64,000 nucleotides of DNA, taken from NCBI GenBank assembly GCA_040901675.1, contig JBBDYJ010000015.1, positions 57,396 to 121,395 of the forward strand. The letters are read 5' to 3'. A model generated the notes under the pieces. That model was not told the DNA's origin. It saw nothing but the letters and a program-made list of their open reading frames with translations, and did no database searches. This stretch comes from Pirellulales bacterium. GTDB lineage: Bacteria > Planctomycetota > Planctomycetia > Pirellulales > JAICIG01. This document shows, piece after piece, positions 56,356-64,000 of the stretch (positions are counted from its first letter, which is position 1; every line of letters begins with the position of its first letter). The position numbers were made by a program, and so were the translations under genes.

Positions 56356-57722
56356 GCGCTCTGGTTGGTGGCCGCGGCGGGGGAGGCGAATGTGTCGGGG
56401 TTGAGCGCTTCGCCCAGGGCGGCCAGCGAACCGCGGGTGACAAAGCCGGTGGGCCGCCCGGCACTGACGATTTCGACCCGGTTGACGTTCTCGCGCTGGA
56501 AGTACTCGTACAGCGTCTGGACCGTGGTGTCCTCCTCATAGTGCGGCACGTCGGCCACGAGGGCTTCTTCCACGGGCTTCGACGAGAGCGGATCGGACAA
56601 GAGCCGGCCGAGCAGCTCGCTTTCAGACACGGTCCCCAGCAGCTTGCCGTCGGGATCGACGACGGGCAGGATGGATAAACGGCTGTCGCGCATGAACTCC
56701 GCGGCGGCCGCCAAAGTCTCGCCCTGGTTGAACGAGACCACGTTAGAGGTCATCACGTCGCGGGCCAGCGCGCTGCGCAACGGATCGATGGCCACCAGAA
56801 TGCCGCCGCGGTCGCCGGTGACCGTCTCGATGGCGCCGGCGGCTACCGCCTGGTTGCGGCCCGACTGCTTGGCCGCCAAAAGCGGCTGCTCCGCCAGGTC
56901 GAGGGCCTCTTCGGCACTGAGTCCCGGCACGAGCTGCGCCACGCCGAAACTGGCCGTCAGGCGGATCTCGATTCGATCGACCTCGATGGCCAGCTCGGCG
57001 AGCGCCGCGCGCCAGCGTTCGGCCCGGGCCAGTGCTTCCTGCTCGGAGCTCTCGGCCAAGACCGCGGCGAAGCGGTTGTCGCCGATGCGATGCCAGTGCG
57101 TTTTGTCGCCTGCCAGCCCTTCCAGGCGCCGGGCCACCGACACCAGCACCTGGTCGCCGAAAGGCCAGCCATAAAGGTGATTGACCCGGCTGAACAGGTC
57201 CAGGTCGGCCAGCACGCAGGCGGCGCTGCGCCGCCGCCCGACCACGGCCAGTTGGCCCGACAGGGACTCATCGAGCGCCAGCCGGGCCGGCAGGCCGGTG
57301 AGCGGGTCGGTGCGGCTTTGTCCGCGGAGGCGGCGCTCGAACTCCAGAATGCGCGCGCCGGCGCGCAACCGGGAGAGGAGCTCGCCGTGAACCGGCGGCT
57401 CGCGCAGAAAGTCGTCGGCGCCTGCCCGCAGCGCCTCGACCAGATCGTTCGATCCCGCGTCGGCGACCAGCAGGAACACGTAGATGTAATCGGCCAGGTT
57501 GCGGGATCGCAGCTTGTTCGTGAACTCCAGGCCGCCCATCGGCGCCATGTCCCAGCCGGCAATGACAAAATGCGGGGCGACGCAGTCGAGCGCCTGCAAG
57601 GCGTGCTCGCCGCCCGCCACCTGGGTCACTTCGTAACCGGCCGATTTGAGGAACTTCGACAAGCTCCAGACGGTCGCCGGCTGGTCGTGGACCACCATGA
57701 TCCTGAATGGGTTGGAACTCAT
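56313..57722 (-). CDS. REC - degenerate GGDEF - CBS pair protein
   Basis: PleD-like REC (GADDFL), TDPLTGL, DLDLFSRVN, signature IGDNRF, ARDVMT CBS domains. Confidence 0.88.
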   Translation of the reverse strand: MSSNPFRIMVVHDQPATVWSLSKFLKSAGYEVTQVAGGEHALQALDCVAPHFVIAGWDMAPMGGLEFTNKLRSRNLADYIYVFLLVADAGSNDLVEALRAGADDFLREPPVHGELLSRLRAGARILEFERRLRGQSRTDPLTGLPARLALDESLSGQLAVVGRRRSAACVLADLDLFSRVNHLYGWPFGDQVLVSVARRLEGLAGDKTHWHRIGDNRFAAVLAESSEQEALARAERWRAALAELAIEVDRIEIRLTASFGVAQLVPGLSAEEALDLAEQPLLAAKQSGRNQAVAAGAIETVTGDRGGILVAIDPLRSALARDVMTSNVVSFNQGETLAAAAEFMRDSRLSILPVVDPDGKLLGTVSESELLGRLLSDPLSSKPVEEALVADVPHYEEDTTVQTLYEYFQRENVNRVEIVSAGRPTGFVTRGSLAALGEALNPDTFASPAAATNQSAYLLVPDLAWVEEV

Positions 57723-58063
57723 GTTGGCGCGGGGTGTTGGTGTGGGTGCCGAACGACGACACGGCTTGTGGCGGCCGGTGGCGCGGACTTTTCCTTGCGT
57801 GACGGTCGTCCTGAATTTGAGGGCGCGGGCCAGCCGGCCTGCTGCAAGCCGCTGCCCTGATTGCACTATAGGTCGCGGATGCGTCCGGCGCAGGGCGCGG
57901 CTGGGCCTCCGGGGGCCGCCGGCCAACGACCGCCCGCAAGCCGTAAGGCGGTTTTCGTCCTAGAGTTGAAATGATCAACCCTCCTCGCCGGCTCCACGGT
58001 TCCCGCCGAGCGGAGACGGGATTCCCCGATTTTGTCGGGCGTCAGACAAGGCGTGAGGCAGAC

Positions 58064-59212
58064 ATGAACGACATCGAACCGGGCGTGGCTTACCTGGAGC
58101 ACCACCCCAAAGACGGCGGTCCGGCCAGGCGGACCGCCATCGAGCCACTCCCCTTCCTGATCGGCCGCAGCGAATCGGCCCATCTCAGGATCGACTGCAA
58201 CCAGGTGTCGCGGGAGCACGCCACCGTGGCACGCTCGCACGGCGAATTGCGCCTCAAGGACTTGGGCAGCACCAACGGCACGTTTGTCAACGGCCAGCGG
58301 ATCCGCGACGTGCGGCTGGAGCACGGCGATATCGTGCACATCGCCACCGCCGAGTTCACGTATTCTTGCGGGCAGAAGCCGAAGGTCAAGTCGGTCGCCA
58401 CGCAGCCGGTGGACCCGCGCGAGGCCCGCGCCGCCCAACTCGGCTCCCCGCCGGCCGTCATCCGCGCCGTCCGCCGCTTCCACGAAATGCTGGTGCACCG
58501 TTGCGTGCGGATCCTGTTCCAGCCCATCGTCGAGCTGAAGAACGAAGAGGTGATGGGTTATGCGGCCTACGGCGGCGGCGACCACGAGCTGAGCCGCTCG
58601 CCCGCCGACCGCTACCTGCTGTCGAGCGAGTCGCGGTTGACCGACCGCCTGAGCCAGGTGTCGCGGCTGGTCGCCGTGGAGCAAGCAGGCCGCCTGCCGG
58701 CCGGCAAGCGGATCTTTTTGTCGCTGCACCCTTCGGAGTTCGGCCATGACTCGTTGATCGACAGCCTCTGCGGGCTGGAGTCGGTTGTCACCAGCGAGCA
58801 CATGCTGGTCGTCGACGTGCCCGAGCAGGCGGCCAGCGGCGGGGAGTACATGCGGCGGTTCCGCGAGCAGTTGTCCGGTCGGGGGCTCGCCATCGCCTAT
58901 GCCGGGTTCAGCGCGGGACGCGCCAGGCTGATCGAGCTGGCCGAGGTGCTGCCCGAGTTCATCAAGCTCGACAAGTCGATGATCCGGGGCATTCACCAGG
59001 CCAAGACACGCCAAAAACAAGTCCGCGAGGCGATCCTGGCCTGCGAAGACAGCGGCATCCAGGTCGTGGCCGTGGGGGTCGAGTCGGAGGATGAAGCCCG
59101 CGAGTGCCGCAACTTGGGCTGCCACTTCGGACAGGGAGACTGGTTCGCCCATCCCGAACCGCTGACTTCGCTGGCCGACGCGCAGCCGGTGCTCGTACAC
59201 GCCCATCGATAG
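58064..59212 (+). CDS. FHA - degenerate EAL domain protein
   Basis: IGRS, VSREHA, DLGSTNGTFVNG (FHA); FQPIV, IKLDKS, GVE, GQG (EAL fold). Confidence 0.88.
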   Translation: MNDIEPGVAYLEHHPKDGGPARRTAIEPLPFLIGRSESAHLRIDCNQVSREHATVARSHGELRLKDLGSTNGTFVNGQRIRDVRLEHGDIVHIATAEFTYSCGQKPKVKSVATQPVDPREARAAQLGSPPAVIRAVRRFHEMLVHRCVRILFQPIVELKNEEVMGYAAYGGGDHELSRSPADRYLLSSESRLTDRLSQVSRLVAVEQAGRLPAGKRIFLSLHPSEFGHDSLIDSLCGLESVVTSEHMLVVDVPEQAASGGEYMRRFREQLSGRGLAIAYAGFSAGRARLIELAEVLPEFIKLDKSMIRGIHQAKTRQKQVREAILACEDSGIQVVAVGVESEDEARECRNLGCHFGQGDWFAHPEPLTSLADAQPVLVHAHR

Positions 59213-59223
59213 GAAGTGCGGCC

Positions 59224-62200
59224 GTGGTGTTTCAACCTCGTGAAAACGCCGAACCAATTCCCGGATATGTGCTCCAGCAGCGGCTGGGCGCCGGCGGCTA
59301 CGGCGAGGTCTGGAAAGTGTCGGCCCCCGGCGGCCTGACCAAGGCCATCAAGTTCGTCTACGGGCGGATGGACGACGACCGGGCCTGCCGCGAGCTCAAG
59401 GCGCTGGGGCGGATTCGCGAGGTGCGGCACCCGTTTCTCCTGTCGCTGGAGCGGTTCGACGTCATCGAAGGGCAGCTCGTGGTCGTCACCGAGCTGGCCG
59501 ACATGAGCCTGATGGACCGCTATCGCGCCTGCCGCGAAGCGGGGACCGGCGGAATCCCGCGCGAAGAGCTGCTGGCGTATCTGAAGGACGCTGCCGACGC
59601 CCTGGACTACATGAGCGAGAAGTACGGCCTGCAGCATCTGGATATCAAGCCCGAGAACCTGCTGCTGGTGGGTGGGCGGGTGAAGGTGGCCGACTTTGGC
59701 CTGGTCAAGGACCTTCAAGACACGCACGCCACCGCCATTGGCGGCGTGACGCCGATTTATGCCACTCCGGAAGCGTTCGACGGCAAGGCCAGCCGCTACA
59801 GCGATCAATACAGCCTGGCGATCGTGTACCAGGAAATGCTCACCGGCGAGCTGCCTTTCCCCGGCGGTACGACCGCCCAACTGGCCAATCAGCACCTGCA
59901 CAGCCAGCCGCTGTTGGGACCGCTCTCGCCGCAGGACCGGCCGACGATCGCCCGTGCACTTTCGAAGCAGCCCGAAAAGCGGTTCGCCACCTGCAGGCAG
60001 ATGGTCGACAATCTCTTGTCGCCTTCTTCCACCAAACCGCGCGAGCCAGCGGCCCCAGGCAGCGAACCACCCGCCGCCGGTGCCGCGGCCGGGCATGCCG
60101 CCGATCAACACACCGTGAGCTTGCGGGCCACGCCGGCCGCCAGCAACGACGAGACACGCAAGTACCAGACCGCTGCGCCGTCCCCCACGGTAGGCGAAGT
60201 TCCCCTGGTCGAGCTGGAACCGTTGTCGCTCGACGGCCAGGCGGAGCAGGAACAGCCGGGGACGCGTCCGACCCTGTTCATCGGCATCGGCGGCACGGCC
60301 GGCGCCGCCTTGCGCAGGCTGCGGCAGCGGCTGCACGACCGCTTCGGCAGCCTCGATGCGATACCCACGCTGCGGTTCCTGCTCTTGGACACCGACCGCG
60401 AGGCCCTTCACGCGGCCCAACAGGGAGACGATGGCGAGGCGCTGGCGCCGGACGAAACGCTGCTGCTCGCGTTGCGCAAACCGGCCGACTACCGGGCCGA
60501 CTCCGACGAGATCCTGGGATGGCTGAGCCGCCGTTGGCTGTACAACATTCCCCGCTCGCTGCGGACCGAGGGGCTGAGGCCGCTCGGCCGGCTGGCCTAC
60601 ATCGATCACGCTGCGGAGGCGACCGAGCGGCTCAGGCAGGCCTTGATGGCGGCCACGAGCGCAGAGTCGAAGGCGGCCGCCGTCCAAGCCACGGGGCACG
60701 CGCTGCGCGACGAGTCGCCGCGGGTGTTCATCGTTTCGTCGATCTCGGGAGGCACCGGCAGCGGCATGCTGTTGGACGTGGCCTATACGGCCCGGCAAAT
60801 GCTGACCGACCTGGGCTACGGCTGCGACAACGTGTGCGGCATGATGGTGCACGGCACGATGCTCAAGGGTGCCGCGAACGATCTGCGCAAAGCCAACGCT
60901 TACGCCACGCTGACCGAGCTGAACCATTTCAATTCGCACGCGGGCGCCCACCGCGGCGGTCCGCTGGCCGGCCTGCCGGCCGGTGAACCGTCCGATCGCC
61001 CCTTTGGCGACTGTTACCTGGTGCACCTGGGCGACGGGCTGACCGAGCCCGAGCTCGCCCTGGCCACGGATAAAGTGGCCCAATACCTGTACCTGGATGC
61101 CGCCACGGTGTGCGGGGCCGTCTTGGACCGCTGCCGGGATCAATCGCGCCGGCGCGCCAGCCGTCGCGAGGGAGCGCCGCGGCTGCGGACGTTCGGGCTG
61201 TCGGTGATCGGCTGCAACAAGCACGCGGCGGCCGGCGGCGAGGCGGACCTCGTCTGCCGCGAGCTGGTCAACCGCTGGCATGGTGCGCAAGACAAGCGGG
61301 CACGAGACGCCGCCCAACGGCCCGAACTGGAAGCCGGTCCACTGACCAGCCGCCTCAACCAGGCGGCCGAGCAGGCGCTCGGAGGCAGTGCAGAGGCGTT
61401 CTTCGCTCGACTCGCACAGTCGGCCGGCATGATGCCGGGTCGCCACGCAAAAGCAGGCGGTCGGCCGGATGAGCTCCTGGCGAAAGTCGATGCCGTGCTT
61501 GGGACGCCCCGCGGCGCCGAGCGGACCGCTTGCGAGGGCGACGCCGCCTTGCAGGAGGCCCTGCAGGCCTGCGGCCAGCAGCTTTCCGGCGAATTGGCCG
61601 CCAAAGTCAGCGGGGCGGTGACCGCGCTGGTCGAAGATCCGCGGCAACGCCTGGCGGCGGCGGTAGCCGCGGCCGGAGCCTGGGGCGACCAGTTGCGCAG
61701 CCTGAGGCAAAGCGCCGAGGAAGAGCTGCGCCGCATCCAGCCGCAACTGGCCAGCCTGCGGGCGTCGCTGCTGGCCCCCGCTGCCCCCAGCCGTCGATCC
61801 GGCGGCTGGCTGACAGCCTGGGCCGGCCGCCGTGCCGAGGGCGATGCGGGCCAGCCGTGGGTGGAGTACTGCCGCCTGAGGATCCGCGCCGTCGTTCTGG
61901 AACAACTGTCGCAGTTGCTGCAATCCACGACGGGCTCTCTCACCGGCCTCACCGAGCAGTTGGTCCGCTTGCGGCAGCGGCTGGAGCAACTGGCGGCGCG
62001 CTTCGCCGGGCCGCCGACCCCGCCGGCCGCAAAAGTCCAGCCGCCGGACAAGGCGTCGCAACTGGCCGGCCCGGAATTCGTGATGCAGTTCGATCTCAAG
62101 TTCCAGCGCGAGCTGCTCGAGCCGCAAGGTGGACTGTTCGCGCTGGCCTCGGCCGGCGACGGCGAGGTCGATGCCCTGGAGAAGCAATTGCAGTCGCAGG

Positions 62201-62676
62201 CGCGCTCGGTCGTGCTGGAAGCGATGCTGCAGGTCGACGCCGCCCGCGGCCTGTTGGAGTCGCAGCCGGGTCTGGGGCAGCTCGCCCGGAAGCTCGGAAC
62301 GTATGCCGAGCAGGCACTGCCGGAGTTGTTGAAGCTGGGCGGGGCCAAGCGGCTGTTGGCCGTGCTGCCCGCCGGCATGTTCGGCAAGAAGCTGGCCGAG
62401 ACGATCGACAAGGCGGTGCCGGCCGTGTCGCTGGCGGTGTTCGACGAAGCCAGCGACGTCGTGCTCTGCCACGAAGCGGAAGAGTTGCCGCTGGCCACGG
62501 TGGCCAGCGCCTTGATCGAGAGCCGGCCCGATTATGCCGAGGCGGCGCGGCGGGTGTTGACGCGGGTGGACGTGCCCTGGTCGGCGTTGCCGATGTCGGC
62601 CGACCACCTGCCCCAAGCGGCGGGTAACGACAATTCGTCCGACCCGATGACCAAGACACAGGTGTTAGCTCCATAG
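59224..62676 (+). CDS. Ser/Thr kinase fused to a tubulin/FtsZ-like GTPase domain and a helical C-terminus
   Basis: GAGGYGEV, KAIK, HLDIKPEN, DFG, TPE; then [32 protein letters not shown]. Confidence 0.88.
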   Translation: MVFQPRENAEPIPGYVLQQRLGAGGYGEVWKVSAPGGLTKAIKFVYGRMDDDRACRELKALGRIREVRHPFLLSLERFDVIEGQLVVVTELADMSLMDRYRACREAGTGGIPREELLAYLKDAADALDYMSEKYGLQHLDIKPENLLLVGGRVKVADFGLVKDLQDTHATAIGGVTPIYATPEAFDGKASRYSDQYSLAIVYQEMLTGELPFPGGTTAQLANQHLHSQPLLGPLSPQDRPTIARALSKQPEKRFATCRQMVDNLLSPSSTKPREPAAPGSEPPAAGAAAGHAADQHTVSLRATPAASNDETRKYQTAAPSPTVGEVPLVELEPLSLDGQAEQEQPGTRPTLFIGIGGTAGAALRRLRQRLHDRFGSLDAIPTLRFLLLDTDREALHAAQQGDDGEALAPDETLLLALRKPADYRADSDEILGWLSRRWLYNIPRSLRTEGLRPLGRLAYIDHAAEATERLRQALMAATSAESKAAAVQATGHALRDESPRVFIVSSISGGTGSGMLLDVAYTARQMLTDLGYGCDNVCGMMVHGTMLKGAANDLRKANAYATLTELNHFNSHAGAHRGGPLAGLPAGEPSDRPFGDCYLVHLGDGLTEPELALATDKVAQYLYLDAATVCGAVLDRCRDQSRRRASRREGAPRLRTFGLSVIGCNKHAAAGGEADLVCRELVNRWHGAQDKRARDAAQRPELEAGPLTSRLNQAAEQALGGSAEAFFARLAQSAGMMPGRHAKAGGRPDELLAKVDAVLGTPRGAERTACEGDAALQEALQACGQQLSGELAAKVSGAVTALVEDPRQRLAAAVAAAGAWGDQLRSLRQSAEEELRRIQPQLASLRASLLAPAAPSRRSGGWLTAWAGRRAEGDAGQPWVEYCRLRIRAVVLEQLSQLLQSTTGSLTGLTEQLVRLRQRLEQLAARFAGPPTPPAAKVQPPDKASQLAGPEFVMQFDLKFQRELLEPQGGLFALASAGDGEVDALEKQLQSQARSVVLEAMLQVDAARGLLESQPGLGQLARKLGTYAEQALPELLKLGGAKRLLAVLPAGMFGKKLAETIDKAVPAVSLAVFDEASDVVLCHEAEELPLATVASALIESRPDYAEAARRVLTRVDVPWSALPMSADHLPQAAGNDNSSDPMTKTQVLAP

Positions 62677-62697
62677 TAGTCATGGGAGGTATTCCTC

Positions 62698-62979
62698 ATG
62701 GTTGCTGCGTCACATGATCCGAGTTTCAAGACGGTTGATTGGTTCGGCCATAGTTACCGTTTCAACCCGCAGCAGGCGGCCTGCATCAAGGTGCTATGGC
62801 GGGCATGGCTAGGCGGCACGCCGGTGATCCGCGAGGAGCTGGTGTTGGAGGTGGCCAACATCAAGGCCCGTTCGCTGAAGGACGTCTTCCGCTCCGCCCC
62901 CGGCCGCGAAGCCTGGGGCACGATGATCGGCGACGGCGATCGCCGCGGCACCGTCCGGCTATCCGAACCGGCCACGTAG
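62698..62979 (+). CDS. Small hypothetical protein (wHTH-like)
   Basis: GGGAGG RBS; follows the kinase-tubulin gene by 21 nt. Confidence 0.65.
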   Translation: MVAASHDPSFKTVDWFGHSYRFNPQQAACIKVLWRAWLGGTPVIREELVLEVANIKARSLKDVFRSAPGREAWGTMIGDGDRRGTVRLSEPAT

Positions 62980-63165
62980 AACGGAATTCATTTGTGCTGC
63001 AAATCGGACGCAGGCGGAACCGGGCTGAAAGTCCGCCTTTGGCAGAGCTTCTGACTTCTGCCCTCTGACTTCCGCCGCCCACTCAAGTGGCCGGGCAGCG
63101 CCGGCCGATAATACATCAAGCGCGCGGGCATGGAGGCTACCGCTCGACAGCAAGGAGGCAACCGG

Positions 63166-63651
63166 GTGGCACACAACTCTCGACGTTTTCGAACTTGCCT
63201 GTTGTTGGGCGTGCTGCTGGTGGCAGCCACTTCATCGGGATGCGTTCTGGCCATGGCCGGCGCCGCCGCCGCGGGGGCCGGCGGCGTGGCCTACGCCCGG
63301 GGCGACATGGATGCAAGCTATCCGTATCCGATCGACGTGGTCTGGGCGGCCAGCGCCAACGCTCTGGCGGAGGCTGGGATGGCGATCTCGCACCAGAGCC
63401 GCGACGGGATCAGCGGCCGGATCGAGGCCTACACGGCCGCGGGCGATCGGGTCAAGATCGTCCTGGTCGACCAGGGCTCGGTGACGGCGCTCAACTTGCG
63501 CGTGAACACGTTCGGCAACAAGCCCTTGTCGGCCGGCATTCTGCAGCACATCAACGGCCACCTGGCCGGAATCGAGACGAGCGGTCCTCCCATTGGGTCT
63601 CAACCAGCCGCCCTCTCCAGCCGGCCACCATCGCTTCCCGGCGCCTGGTAG
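63166..63651 (+). CDS. Lipoprotein (DUF3568-like)
   Basis: AGGAGG RBS, TSSGC lipobox, AGAAAAGAGGVAY, LRVNTFG. Confidence 0.75.
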   Translation: MAHNSRRFRTCLLLGVLLVAATSSGCVLAMAGAAAAGAGGVAYARGDMDASYPYPIDVVWAASANALAEAGMAISHQSRDGISGRIEAYTAAGDRVKIVLVDQGSVTALNLRVNTFGNKPLSAGILQHINGHLAGIETSGPPIGSQPAALSSRPPSLPGAW

Positions 63652-63869
63652 CCGAGACAAGGCAGCCGTTGCTTCCGTGCTTCCCGACCGCTGACCACCG
63701 GGGCTGTCGACGGCATTGAGTTGTTCAGCACTTTTCGGTGATTTCATCGGAAGAACTCAGAACTGAATCTTGGGGCTTGGCACTTGGGTCTTCGCTTTTT
63801 GTTTGTGCCCTGCGAGGTCCGCCTCTGGAGGACAAGTCCGCGAGTCGACCATTCGAGTCCCCGGGCGCC

Positions 63870-64000
63870 CGAAGAAGTTGCAATGAGAGCCGCCGAAAGC
63901 TGGGTCATTTGCCGGAAAACGACTCCCGTCCCCTTTTCCGGCGCTCGAAGAAGTTGCAATGAGAGCCGCCGAAAGCTGGGTCATTTGCCGGAAAACGACT
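63870..64000. repeat. 76-bp-period direct tandem repeat running off the window end
   Basis: GAAGAAGTTGCAATGAGAGCCGCCGAAAGCTGGGTCATTTGCCGGAAAACGACT identical at 63871 and 63947. Confidence 0.85.

Noticed and set aside
58993..62616. 1207-aa minus-strand ORF and similar long antisense ORFs elsewhere
   Set aside because: GC-rich shadows of well-supported genes on the opposite strand; no recognisable motifs
63870..64000. Possible CRISPR array (GTTGCAATG.. start)
   Set aside because: The identical unit is at least 54 bp, only two copies are visible, no unique spacers can be shown and there are no cas genes in the window

Overview
GC-rich bacterial chromosome segment. Gene content points to a planctomycete, probably Pirellulales-like: DUF1501, an ECF sigma/Ser-Thr kinase pair, C1-transfer genes and small NPY/FQFSLR-motif membrane proteins. 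Left to right it holds hom; a partial Tad/Flp pilus cluster; two moeA genes; a BlaI/BlaR1 pair with visible operators; a di-heme cytochrome-PadR-ABC-DUF1501 operon; and a scattered Mo/W-pterin C1 locus (fwdC, mobA, fwdA, fwdB with intact metal ligands, fwdD, aldehyde:ferredoxin oxidoreductase, moaD). Next comes a ~7 kb accessory/defence-like island (papain-like protease pair in place of an AbiEii toxin, BrnT-like/HTH pair, glycosylase-like + DUF6884, GIY-YIG protein, vapBC with vapC split by a 163-bp MITE). The right part has ECF+kinase, LPS heptose genes, mazEF, and a divergent module of degenerate REC-GGDEF-CBS, FHA-degenerate EAL and a Ser/Thr kinase fused to a tubulin/FtsZ-like GTPase. Intergenic DNA is full of 7-nt tandem arrays, REP-like hairpins and tiny nested insertions. 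No rRNA, tRNA or CRISPR array was recognised. All functional calls come from motifs recognised by eye; no database search was run.
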